In this document: positions 48,016-56,849 of the stretch, in pieces
How positions within the stretch are numbered: the stretch's first letter is position 1
Layout of the letters: each line of letters opens with the position of its first letter
Source: a bacterium
GTDB taxonomy: Bacteria; Bacillota; Clostridia; Oscillospirales; CAG-382
Length of the DNA: 64,000 nucleotides
Assembly (NCBI GenBank): GCA_963661975.1
Contig: CAVLDN010000003.1
Span: forward strand, 56,323 to 120,322
Direction: 5' to 3'
The notes under the pieces: model-generated
What the model saw: only the letters and a program-made list of their open reading frames with translations
What the model was told of the DNA's origin: nothing
Databases searched by the model: none
Program-made: the position numbers and the translations under genes

Positions 48016-49239
48016 TTATTTTCGCACTGTATATCTGTTTCCGGCAGCCGAAATTATGCTGCCGTCTATTTCCATTATTGTCAACTCGCACATTACTTCA
48101 GAAACCGGTGTGCCGGTTTTCGCCGCAAGCTCGTCCGCGGTCATCCTGCCGCCGTTCAAAGCGGCGATGATCTTTTCGGAAAGCGTTTCCTCACGCCCGG
48201 GTGCCGGTGCCCGCTCCGACGCATTGACCTTCGGGGCGGCCGACTCATGCGCCGTGGTGCTTTCCGCAGCGTTTCCGCCGCGGCCGGTGTGCGGCTTTTC
48301 CGCTTCGGGCTTGCCCATGCCGTATGTACGGAGCCTTTCGGTAACCGAAGGTTCATACACGCGCACCGTGCGCGGATATTCGAGCATGAGCGGGCCGAGT
48401 ATATCGTAAGGCTCGGTTGCCGCGGGTATGCCGCGCTTTATCAGAAGATTCGTTCCCGCGTTCGCCGCGCCGACGGCACCGGGGACGGCATATACCCTTC
48501 TCCCCTGCGATACCGCATGGTGCGCCGTGATGAGCGCGCCGCTGTGTTCGCCCGCTTCGGCGACAACGGTAACATCGCACATTCCGCTGATGATGCGGTT
48601 GCGGTTCGGAAAATCCGCCCTTGTGCGCGGGCATCCGGGGTACATTTCGCTGACGACCGCGCCGCGTTCGTAAAGTGTTTTGAACGCCGCGGTGTTTTCC
48701 GCGGGGTAAACATCGCCGATCGGATTGCCGAGCACGGCAACGGTGTATCCCCCCGCGGCTATCGCGCCGCGATGTGCGGCGGTATCTATACCCTTTGCGA
48801 GTCCGCTTATAACGGCGGCACCGCTCTTTGCAAAATCATACGCAAAGCGTTCGGCAATATTTTTTCCGTATTCCGTCATTTTACGTGCGCCGACAACGGC
48901 TATGCACGGCACGGACGAAAGCTCCCTCAATTCGCCGATAACATAAAGCGCGGCGGGCGGATCGGATATTCCGCGCAGGCGGGACGGGTAATTTTTATCG
49001 TAATAGCCGACGACGTGCGCCCCGACGGCGCGTACCCGCTTTGCCGTTTCAAACGCCTCGCCCGTATCCTTGTTTTCGAGCCGTTCGATATATTTTTCCC
49101 TTTCCGGGCCGAGGAATGAAAAATCCTCGTTTTGATAAAGCTCGTCTATGCTGCCGAACCGCGGAAGTATTTCAGAAGCAACGCGGTTCGCCGTACCGAT
49201 GCAGGATTGAAGCCACGCATAAAGAATGATATCTCTCAA
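48016..49239 (-). CDS. dprA: DNA processing protein DprA (Smf)
   Basis: Rossmann-like core GLAKGIDTAAHRGAI and a C-terminal winged-helix after a low-complexity linker. TTG 49239 has GGAGGAG 6 nt upstream and overlaps the upstream TGA (TTGA). The alternative TTG 49263 is used in the track. Confidence 0.88.
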   Translation of the reverse strand: MRDIILYAWLQSCIGTANRVASEILPRFGSIDELYQNEDFSFLGPEREKYIERLENKDTGEAFETAKRVRAVGAHVVGYYDKNYPSRLRGISDPPAALYVIGELRELSSVPCIAVVGARKMTEYGKNIAERFAYDFAKSGAAVISGLAKGIDTAAHRGAIAAGGYTVAVLGNPIGDVYPAENTAAFKTLYERGAVVSEMYPGCPRTRADFPNRNRIISGMCDVTVVAEAGEHSGALITAHHAVSQGRRVYAVPGAVGAANAGTNLLIKRGIPAATEPYDILGPLMLEYPRTVRVYEPSVTERLRTYGMGKPEAEKPHTGRGGNAAESTTAHESAAPKVNASERAPAPGREETLSEKIIAALNGGRMTADELAAKTGTPVSEVMCELTIMEIDGSIISAAGNRYTVRK

Positions 49240-50021
49240 ATTCCGCTCCTCCTTGCTTCCCAAAGCATCACGGCCGCCGCCGCCGCGGCGTTAAGACTTT
49301 CGGCAAGGTCTGTCATGGGAATGCGAACGGCTATATCGCACGCGTTTATCACATCCGCGGAAAGCCCCTTTCCCTCGTTGCCGATAAAAAAGCAGTCGCC
49401 GCTTTGCATCACGAAGCCGCCGAGTTCGCAGGCATCCCCGCGCAGCGCACAGGCAAGCGTGCGCTTACCCGCCGCGCGAAGTATGCGGACAGCCTCCCCG
49501 CCCGAAGGGCAGGTGTATATATCCGCAGAGAAAAGCGCACCCATCGTTGCACGCACCGTCTTTTTTGCGAAAAGATCGGCGCAGGCACCTGCAAGTACGA
49601 CCGAATAATCCAAAGCGGCGGCGGTGCGTATTACGGTGCCGACATTGCCGGAATCCTGAATATCGCACAGAACCGCGGCGCTGCCGTGCGGAACGCCGCC
49701 CGAAAGCGGCTTGACATTTGCGGGAAGCTTTGCGACGGTGAATACCCCCTGCGGGGCTTTTTCCTCGGTGAGGCGGTCATAAACCGGCTCGGTTATTTCG
49801 TATACCCTTGCGCCGCTTTCGGCGGCAAGCGTGTAATATTCCCGCGGAGATCCCTCGCGGACAAAAATATATGCGAGTTCCGCGCCGAAACGCATTGCTT
49901 CCTCCAACAGGTGAACGCCCTCGAAGCAGAAAAGCCCTTCTCTTCTGCGTTCGCCGCTTTCGCGGAGCCTTGCGACGTATTTTATAAGATTGTTGTTTCT
50001 CGATTCTATACGTTCAAGCAT
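49236..50021 (-). CDS. TrmH/SpoU-family RNA 2'-O-methyltransferase
   Basis: 261 aa with SpoU motifs (NVGTVIRTAAAL, FFIGNEGKGLS, IPMTDLAESLNAAAAAAV). Confidence 0.88.
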   Translation of the reverse strand: MLERIESRNNNLIKYVARLRESGERRREGLFCFEGVHLLEEAMRFGAELAYIFVREGSPREYYTLAAESGARVYEITEPVYDRLTEEKAPQGVFTVAKLPANVKPLSGGVPHGSAAVLCDIQDSGNVGTVIRTAAALDYSVVLAGACADLFAKKTVRATMGALFSADIYTCPSGGEAVRILRAAGKRTLACALRGDACELGGFVMQSGDCFFIGNEGKGLSADVINACDIAVRIPMTDLAESLNAAAAAAVMLWEARRSGI

Positions 50022-50065
50022 AAAAACAGACCCGTACTATTAATAATAATATAATAATAGTACGG
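50022..50065 (-). terminator. AT-rich hairpin terminator after prmC
   Basis: 11-bp arms CCGTACTATTA (50032-50042) and TAATAGTACGG (50055-50065). On the minus strand it is followed by GTCTGTTTTTA, running directly into the next ATG (50021). Confidence 0.6.
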
Positions 50066-50082
50066 ATCTTTATTATTGTCAA
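50054..50082 (-). promoter_or_regulatory. candidate promoter overlapping the prmC stop and terminator (drives the SpoU-family gene)
   Basis: On the minus strand: TTGACA (50082-50077), 17 nt, TATTAT (50059-50054). Confidence 0.45.
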
Positions 50083-50927
50083 TATCTTTTTGCCAAAAGA
50101 ATTCGGTCGATCTTGCCGTAATCCTTTATCGCGGCAACGCTGAAACCGTTCCTTGCGAGAATTTCCGAGACCGCCTCGCATTGGTTGATGCCGATCTCGT
50201 ATATAAGCACGCCCTCACGCGCCAATATATGCCCGACATAGGATGTGACGGCGCGGTAGTAGCGAAGCCCGTCCTCGCCGCCGTCGAGCGCCGTTTCCGG
50301 CTCGAACCCGACCTGCGTATCAAGCATTTTTATATCCTCTGTGGGGATGTACGGCGGGTTGCAGATAACAAGGTCGAGCGGGTGTTCGATCACCGAGGCA
50401 AGGGCGATATAATCGTCCTCATCCAGCGCGTCGAACCTGCGCACCGATACATTGCGGCAATCGGCAAGGTTCTTTTCGGTATATACGAGCGCGCGGCGCG
50501 AAAGCTCCAGCGCATAACCGCTGAGCGTGGGATTTTCGGAAGCGATAGCCTTTGCGATACAGCCGCTGCCGCTGCATATATCGGCAAAAAGCATGCCGTC
50601 CTTCAAAACACCGAGCGCGGCTTTAACGCCGATCTCGGTATCGCTCCGCGGGATAAATACTCCGTCCCCCACGGCAATATCATAGCCGTAAAAACAGCAT
50701 TTTCCGAGAACATACTGCACCGGCTTGCCGAGCGAAAGCTGCATGACGGCACCGCTTATGAACGGGTCGATACCGGAAGGTACATCGCCGTCCAGCCGCG
50801 CAAGCAGCGTACCGCGATCCACCCCGAGCGCCTCGCACAGAAGCATATCCGCAATGGTGACGGCTTCATCCGGAAGGAACGAGGCAATGGCGGATTTGAG
50901 CTTATTCCTGTATTCCAGAAGCTTCAA
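50079..50927 (-). CDS. prmC: release factor glutamine N5-methyltransferase PrmC (HemK)
   Basis: NPPY motif (VICNPPYIP) and SAM-binding DICSGSG. TTG 50927 has GGAGGAGG 6 nt upstream (282 aa) and overlaps the upstream gene by 26 nt. The track start at 50993 is less likely. Confidence 0.88.
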   Translation of the reverse strand: MKLLEYRNKLKSAIASFLPDEAVTIADMLLCEALGVDRGTLLARLDGDVPSGIDPFISGAVMQLSLGKPVQYVLGKCCFYGYDIAVGDGVFIPRSDTEIGVKAALGVLKDGMLFADICSGSGCIAKAIASENPTLSGYALELSRRALVYTEKNLADCRNVSVRRFDALDEDDYIALASVIEHPLDLVICNPPYIPTEDIKMLDTQVGFEPETALDGGEDGLRYYRAVTSYVGHILAREGVLIYEIGINQCEAVSEILARNGFSVAAIKDYGKIDRILLAKRY

Positions 50928-52023
50928 TGTCTGCCTCCTCCCCCGCCTCGCAGGGCGTTTCAGCGGTATCACTGGTTTCGGCTCCGGGCTCATCCGCTTC
51001 CGCGGAAGTTTCCTCCTGCGGCTTCATTGCTTCGAGATATTCCTCATAGGCGCCGGGAAAATCATCCGGCAGCGCGGATTTGAGCGATGCGATGCCGACC
51101 TCGATTATCTCGGCATCCGGTTCACGCGTGGTGAGCCGCTGCATCCACAGCCCGGGCTGCGAAACGATACGCACGAAAGCATTTTCATGCCTTCCGGCAT
51201 AACGGATAAATTCATAGCCTATACCGACATTGAGCGGGAGCAAAAGCAGTTTGAGCAAGCTGCGCAGCCAGACATTCTGCACCGGCCACAAAAACGCTAT
51301 GGCGATGAAAATGGAAAGGAATATCATCGCAAACATAAACGATGTGCCGCAGCGCGGGTGAAACCGGCTCTGCTTTTTGACATTTTCCACATTCAGTTCC
51401 AGGCCGTTTTCATAGCAGAAAATACTTTTATGCTCCGCACCGTGGTACTGATAAACGCGCTTCATATCCGGTATGAGTGCCGTGAGCCAAATGTAAAGTA
51501 TGAATATAAGCACCTTCAGGACACCCTCGACAAGGCTTCTCCACACGCCGGAGGAGAAATCCCCGCCCGCGAGCTTTTCGCCGAAAAGCAGGTTGCAGAT
51601 GAAGGTCGGCAGCCAAATGAAAAGCCCGACGGAGAGCAGCACACCGAGAACGACGGATATCGCCGTCATCACGGGCATTATCCATTTTCCGAGATGCTTT
51701 TCAAGCCATTTATCGAATTTCGAGCCTTCCTCCGCCGTGCCCTCCAGACCGAGCATATCCGATGCGGCGGTAATGGTGGAGAAGGAAAGCGCCATTGTTT
51801 CGACAAAATTCACCGCGCCGCGTATAAGCGGCAGACGGCATATTTTATACCTGTCGGCAAACGAACTGTTTGCTTTGCGGCTCACTGATATTTTTTTGTT
51901 GTCCATGCGGCGAACGGCGATGGCTGTATATTTTCTGCTCTTCATCATGACGCCTTCGACAAGCGCCTGACCGCCGACATTGCCGCGGCGCGCGCGCACG
52001 CAGGATTCGTTCTTTTCGTTCAA
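50902..52023 (-). CDS. DUF1385-domain membrane protein (YqhQ-like) with an acidic C-terminal tail
   Basis: TTG 52023 has GGAGGA 7 nt upstream. Signature VGGQALVEGVMMKS, several TM helices, and the conserved pairing with prmC. Confidence 0.85.
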   Translation of the reverse strand: MNEKNESCVRARRGNVGGQALVEGVMMKSRKYTAIAVRRMDNKKISVSRKANSSFADRYKICRLPLIRGAVNFVETMALSFSTITAASDMLGLEGTAEEGSKFDKWLEKHLGKWIMPVMTAISVVLGVLLSVGLFIWLPTFICNLLFGEKLAGGDFSSGVWRSLVEGVLKVLIFILYIWLTALIPDMKRVYQYHGAEHKSIFCYENGLELNVENVKKQSRFHPRCGTSFMFAMIFLSIFIAIAFLWPVQNVWLRSLLKLLLLPLNVGIGYEFIRYAGRHENAFVRIVSQPGLWMQRLTTREPDAEIIEVGIASLKSALPDDFPGAYEEYLEAMKPQEETSAEADEPGAETSDTAETPCEAGEEADIEASGIQE

Positions 52024-52043
52024 TATTTATTCCTCCGTTAAGG

Positions 52044-52072
52044 TTGATTTTCTTCTGAAAAAGTATTATACT
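52044..52072 (+). promoter_or_regulatory. SigA-type promoter of the RNHCP operon
   Basis: TTGATT (52044-52049), 17 nt, TATACT (52067-52072). Confidence 0.6.
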
Positions 52073-52135
52073 ATATCCGCACGGAAAATAAAACCCCTTT
52101 CGCACATTTTTTACATATTGTATGGGAACAATTTT

Positions 52136-52462
52136 ATGGAAACAAAGCTTTTCACGAAGAACGACAGCGGCTTTATCTGCGGCAACTGCGGCAGGGAGGT
52201 ACCCCCGCTGGGGTACAGTTCGCGGAATCATTGTCCGTTCTGCCTTTATTCAAAGCATGTGGATGTGAACCCCGGCGACCGCGCCGCCGAATGCGGCGGG
52301 CTGATGAAGCCCGCAGCCGTCACGGTAAACGCAAAGAAGGGCATGATAATCACCCACAAATGTATAAAATGCGGTGCCGAGAGAAACAATAAAATGCAGT
52401 CGGATGACGATACCGATCTGCTTATCCGACTTACAAACCCTTACAACCGCGAGGAGGATTGA
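52136..52462 (+). CDS. RNHCP-domain zinc-ribbon protein (function unknown)
   Basis: ATG 52136 (METKLFTKNDSGFICGNCGREVPPLGYSSRNHCPFCLYSKHVD...KCIKCGAE), 108 aa, with four Cys pairs and the eponymous RNHCP motif. The track start at 51980 is an upstream extension. Confidence 0.8.
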   Translation: METKLFTKNDSGFICGNCGREVPPLGYSSRNHCPFCLYSKHVDVNPGDRAAECGGLMKPAAVTVNAKKGMIITHKCIKCGAERNNKMQSDDDTDLLIRLTNPYNREED

Positions 52463-52466
52463 CAGC

Positions 52467-53498
52467 GTGTCCGGCACAAAAACAAAAAAAGAAATATCCG
52501 CCGCCCTGCGCGCACTTGTCACCGTGCTTCTTGCGTTTGCGGCGGCACTGTGCTTCCGCCGTTCGTCGGGGATAGTCGCCATGTTCCCCGCGGGCATTGC
52601 TCTGACATTCGTTTCCGCCTTTATCGGGCATGAGGTCATTACGCGCTTTGCCGCGTTTCTGGCATCGGTATTCATACTCAACACGGTCGAGGAAAAGGAC
52701 AGCCGCGTGGTTCTGCTGTTCATGGCATTATGTCTACTTGCGCTCATCTTTTCGGAGATCGGCGCAAAGGTGCTGAAAAAGCATAAAAACCGCGGCATTG
52801 CCGTGCTTTCCGCAGGTGCAGCCGTATGCATTGCCGCCTCCGTGATATTTATCGGCAACCCGTTCTCCGCCGCAAAAAGCCAAAAGCTCATCCGTGCGGA
52901 ACTGGATAATAAATACCCATCCGCCGTTTCGGAATACCTGGGAGGAGTGGAAGCCTCCGCGGTATATTATGATACATTTTCACGCGTATATGCCGCCGAT
53001 GTGACCTGCGGGAAGGAACCGACACGCTCCGCAAAGATGTATATCATGGGCGGTACGGTTTATGATTCCTTCGAAACGATTGCCGCAGAGTGTATCGGAT
53101 ATCCCGTTATTACAAGGCTTTCCGAACTTTTGGAGAGCAAATCGCTCTCGTACGGCTACTCTGTCGAGCTTGCCGGCGTTACGAAGGACTACGGCGGAGC
53201 AATGCCTGTCGGCGGCACGGACGATACCGCCGCAAGGGTAAAGCTTTCCGTGCGTATTTCGGGCGCGCAGACGGAAGAACTGTTCATTTCGTCAGCGGAA
53301 GAATTTGTCGCCGCGGTCGACGGGCTCAACTTTCCGTATGAAAGCATCACATTTACCGATACGCGCTCCGTATGGCTGCCGCGCACGGCGGTCGTTTCCG
53401 GGCAGCACCCGCGGTTCGGATACAGCATTATTTCCTTCCGTGCCGCAAGGGGCAGAAGCGAGGAATTTTCGCTGTTCGAAAGCCTCTCATTCAAATAA
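52467..53498 (+). CDS. membrane protein with a C-terminal extracytoplasmic domain, hypothetical
   Basis: GTG 52467 lies 8 nt after GAGGAGGA and 5 nt after the RNHCP stop (343 aa). It has about 4-5 TM segments followed by a roughly 190-aa soluble domain with no recognised motif. Confidence 0.65.
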   Translation: MSGTKTKKEISAALRALVTVLLAFAAALCFRRSSGIVAMFPAGIALTFVSAFIGHEVITRFAAFLASVFILNTVEEKDSRVVLLFMALCLLALIFSEIGAKVLKKHKNRGIAVLSAGAAVCIAASVIFIGNPFSAAKSQKLIRAELDNKYPSAVSEYLGGVEASAVYYDTFSRVYAADVTCGKEPTRSAKMYIMGGTVYDSFETIAAECIGYPVITRLSELLESKSLSYGYSVELAGVTKDYGGAMPVGGTDDTAARVKLSVRISGAQTEELFISSAEEFVAAVDGLNFPYESITFTDTRSVWLPRTAVVSGQHPRFGYSIISFRAARGRSEEFSLFESLSFK

Positions 53499-53512
53499 TT
53501 ATGTTAACCAAA

Positions 53513-53542
53513 AGAGCTTTGCAAATGCAAGGCTCTTTTTTC
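53513..53542 (+). terminator. rho-independent terminator of the RNHCP operon
   Basis: AGAGCTTTGCA pairs with TGCAAGGCTCT (one G-U), followed by TTTTTTC. Confidence 0.75.
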
Positions 53543-53561
53543 TTTGCCCGAATCACAGCGG

Positions 53562-53600
53562 CAAAACAAAGAGGTGACACAAATCGGTCACCTCTGTTTT
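53562..53600. terminator. hairpin terminator downstream of pepF (bidirectional flanks)
   Basis: AGAGGTGAC (53570-53578) pairs with GTCACCTCT (53587-53595). GTTTT follows on the + strand and TTGTTTTG on the - strand. Confidence 0.75.
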
Positions 53601-53610
53601 ATATGCGCTT

Positions 53611-55413
53611 TTATTTAAGCAGCTCTTCCATTTCGTCGATAAGCTCGCCGAAAAGCTTCAGTCCCGCGTTTACGGGTTCCGGAGTACTCATATCCACGCC
53701 GGCGATCTTGAGCAGCGAGATCGGATCGGTGCTGCCGCCGGAGGAAAGGAACTTCTTGTAATCCCTGACTGCCGGTTCGCCGAGCTCGAGTATGCGGGAG
53801 GCTATCGCGCAGGCGGCGGAGAAGCCGGTTGCATACTGGAACACATAATAGTTGTAGAAGAAGTGCGGGATACGCGCCCATTCGAGCGAAATGCCCTGAT
53901 CGCTGATCATATCGGGGCCGAAGTAGAGTTTGTTCAGCTCCAAATACTTCTCGCAGAGCTTGTCCGCGGTGAGCGTTTCGCCCGATTCGGACATCTTGCC
54001 CATCATCAGTTCGAATTCGGCAAACATCGTCTGACGGTATACCGTGCCCTTGAACTGATCGAGGAAGTGGTTTATAAGGTATGCCCTGCCGCGCTTATCG
54101 GTTGTTTTGCCGAGCAGATGACGCATAAGAAGTATTTCGTTGCAGGTGGAGGCAACCTCCGCGACGAATATCACATAATTACTCGTGCAGACAGGCTGAT
54201 TCTTGCAGCTGTAATAGCTGTGCAGAGCATGGCCCATCTCATGCGCAAGCGTGAACTGGCTGTCGAGGTTGTTTTTGTGGTTGAGCAGCACATAGGGGTG
54301 CGGGCGGCTGTTGCCGGAGGAATATGCACCGCCGCGCTTTCCGACATTTTCGTAAACGTCGATCCAGCGGTTGTTGAAGCCCTCTTTAAGCAGCGCGACA
54401 TAGTCCTCGCCGAGCACGGAAAGAGCTTCGAGCACCGTTTCCTTTGCCTGCCCGAAGGTGATTTCCTCCGCGGCATCGGCAACGATGGGGGTGTAAACAT
54501 CGTACATATGAAGTTCGTCTACTCCGAGCAGCTTCTTGCGCAGCGCGACATAGCGGTACATTTTATCGAGATTTGCGTGCACCGCGGTGATTAGATTGTG
54601 ATAGACCTCAGTGGGAACCTCGGTGCGATCGAGCGAGGCTTCGAGCGTGCTGCCGTATTTGCGGGAATCGGCAAAGAAGCGGAGCTGCTTGAACTGACCG
54701 TCAAGTGTGGCGGCAACGGTGTTTTTGAATTCGCCGAGGCGGTTGTAATAGGTTTCGAAGGTGTTGCGGCGAAGCGTTACATCCGGGCTTTCGAGCAGCG
54801 GCACAAAGGAGCCGCCCGTAAGCTTGTGGGTGTTGCCCTGCGAATCGGTCACATCCGGGAAGGTTATATCCGCATTGCGGAAAACGCTGCCGATATTTTC
54901 GGGCGATTCGGCCATTTCGCCCGCTGCGGCAAGTATCTTTTCGCATTCGGGCGAAAGGATGTGCGCTCTGCGGCGGCGAAGCTTGGTGATAACGCGGCGG
55001 TAGGTTTCGAGCTCCGGCTCGGCCTTATAAAAGCCGTCCATAACATCGTCGGGTATTTCCATGATCTCCGGCGTTGCAAATGCGCCCGCGCCGTCGATCG
55101 CGATGAAAGTTGCCATAGCCTTGCCGCGGTAATCCTGGTATGTGCCGTTGCCGGTATCCTGGTCGGATTTGCAGGAGGCATAGCCGTAAAGCACGGTGAG
55201 CCGCAGGTCGATCTCATCCGAAAGCTTGAGGTAAGCCAAAAGCTCCGTTGCGCTCTTGCTTATCTTTCCGCGGAAAGCGGCGATCTTTTCGGGATACGCC
55301 TTAAGAGCTTCATATTCCGCAAGCCATGCGGCATCGGATTCAAACATATCGCCGAGGTTCCATGTGAATTCCTCGGGGACTTCATTTCTTGGAAGTACAG
55401 GATAATTAGCCAT
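53611..55413 (-). CDS. pepF: oligoendopeptidase F (M3B family)
   Basis: 600 aa with zinc motif TLAHEMGHALH and typical PepF length. Confidence 0.93.
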   Translation of the reverse strand: MANYPVLPRNEVPEEFTWNLGDMFESDAAWLAEYEALKAYPEKIAAFRGKISKSATELLAYLKLSDEIDLRLTVLYGYASCKSDQDTGNGTYQDYRGKAMATFIAIDGAGAFATPEIMEIPDDVMDGFYKAEPELETYRRVITKLRRRRAHILSPECEKILAAAGEMAESPENIGSVFRNADITFPDVTDSQGNTHKLTGGSFVPLLESPDVTLRRNTFETYYNRLGEFKNTVAATLDGQFKQLRFFADSRKYGSTLEASLDRTEVPTEVYHNLITAVHANLDKMYRYVALRKKLLGVDELHMYDVYTPIVADAAEEITFGQAKETVLEALSVLGEDYVALLKEGFNNRWIDVYENVGKRGGAYSSGNSRPHPYVLLNHKNNLDSQFTLAHEMGHALHSYYSCKNQPVCTSNYVIFVAEVASTCNEILLMRHLLGKTTDKRGRAYLINHFLDQFKGTVYRQTMFAEFELMMGKMSESGETLTADKLCEKYLELNKLYFGPDMISDQGISLEWARIPHFFYNYYVFQYATGFSAACAIASRILELGEPAVRDYKKFLSSGGSTDPISLLKIAGVDMSTPEPVNAGLKLFGELIDEMEELLK

Positions 55414-55447
55414 AATATTCCTCCGTTATCGGTAATTTTTCATCTGC

Positions 55448-55476
55448 ATTATAGCAGATTTCCCGCTTCTTGTAAA
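55448..55476 (-). promoter_or_regulatory. SigA-type promoter of pepF
   Basis: On the minus strand: TTTACA (55476-55471), 17 nt, TATAAT (55453-55448). Confidence 0.6.
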
Positions 55477-55492
55477 GCGGAGAAATGAAACT

Positions 55493-56698
55493 TTATGCGG
55501 TTTTTCCTTCATTTTTGCGGAGGGCATCCCCGGAGTGCGCCGTAATAACCCGTCTTGCCGCCGTTGTCGCGATGATCATCACGCCGAAGAACGCCGCAAG
55601 AAACACGGGGAACACGCCCATTCCGAGCGCCTGCCCAACCGTGCCGCACACCGGCGGAGCAAGCATTATGCCGACATACGCCGCCGCCATCTGAACGCCG
55701 ATGACCGCCTGCGAAAGCTCGCGCCCGAAGCTCAACGGCGCAAGATAATTGAAGTTCGGGAACAGCGGGCCGTTGCCCATGCCGATGCAGAAAAGCGCTG
55801 CCGCGGCGATAAAGCGTCCGCCCGGCACAAAGAGCAGGACTATCGCAAGCGCAAGCACGCATTGACCGCCGCGGATGATTGCCCAGGGCGAAAGCCGCTT
55901 TGCAAGCACACCCGACATCAGCCGTCCGACCGCCATGCCCGCATAATAATAAACAAGCGTACTCGCGGCGGTATCCGCCGCAAGCCCTTTATATTCCACA
56001 AGGAAGGTTGCGCTCCAGTTGCCGACAGTACATTCGATTGCGCAGGTCGTGATGAAAAGCAGGCACATCAGCTTCACGCCCGGAATCGCAAGCGTTTCAC
56101 GCAGCGAAAGCTTTTTTGCGCTTTCTTCGCCCTCGCGCCGCTCCCTGCCGTTGACCTTTTCCCAAAGCGGAAGCGTCGCAAACAGAAAAAGCGTGATGCC
56201 TATCTGTATGCAGGCGCCGATCATATATCCCCTGCGCCATCCGCCCGCGCCGGATATGACGCGTGAAAGCACAAAGGGGCTTATTGTTACGCCGATGCCG
56301 TAAAAGCAATGCAGAAAGCTCATCTGCGTAGCGGAATAATACAGTGCGACATAGTTGTTAAGCGCAACATCAATCGCCCCGGCACCCAAGCCGAGCGGAA
56401 GCGCCGGCAGGCAGAGAAAGACAAAATTCGGCGCAAATGAACACCCGATAAGCGCGACAGCGGTGAGCAGCGTGCTGAATGCGGTGACACGGTTCGTGCC
56501 GAACCGGTTTATCACGCGGGAGCTGAGCGCACTTGAAATTATCGTTCCGAGCGAAACTATTGCCGATTCGATACCTCCGTATGCGAAGGGAACGCCGATC
56601 TCACCGTATATTGCGGGCCACGCGGCGCCGAAAAGCGAATCAGGCGTGCCCAGCCCGATAAATGCCGTATATATAACTGCCAGAAGTAAAGTTGCCAT
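55493..56698 (-). CDS. MFS transporter
   Basis: 401 aa with about 12 TM segments and SD GGAGGA before ATG 56698. Confidence 0.85.
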   Translation of the reverse strand: MATLLLAVIYTAFIGLGTPDSLFGAAWPAIYGEIGVPFAYGGIESAIVSLGTIISSALSSRVINRFGTNRVTAFSTLLTAVALIGCSFAPNFVFLCLPALPLGLGAGAIDVALNNYVALYYSATQMSFLHCFYGIGVTISPFVLSRVISGAGGWRRGYMIGACIQIGITLFLFATLPLWEKVNGRERREGEESAKKLSLRETLAIPGVKLMCLLFITTCAIECTVGNWSATFLVEYKGLAADTAASTLVYYYAGMAVGRLMSGVLAKRLSPWAIIRGGQCVLALAIVLLFVPGGRFIAAAALFCIGMGNGPLFPNFNYLAPLSFGRELSQAVIGVQMAAAYVGIMLAPPVCGTVGQALGMGVFPVFLAAFFGVMIIATTAARRVITAHSGDALRKNEGKTA

Positions 56699-56849
56699 AT
56701 TTCCTCCAACGGGGTATGTGTGCGGTCGTCCGCAAAGGAAGTTTTACCACAGTATATTCGCTTTTGCAAGTATTTTTCTCATTAAAAAGGCAGCGCCCCG
56801 CCGCAATGCAGCGTGGGCGCCGTTCGTTACGATATTCTTTTTGCGGGCC

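Noticed and set aside
50031-50082. AT-rich palindrome considered as a possible dif/Xer recombination site.
   Set aside because: It does not match the 11-6-11 dif architecture; there is no TTATGT-type XerD arm. TTATTGTCAAT gives only 8/11 matches, with no credible XerC arm. A terminator/promoter reading explains it better.
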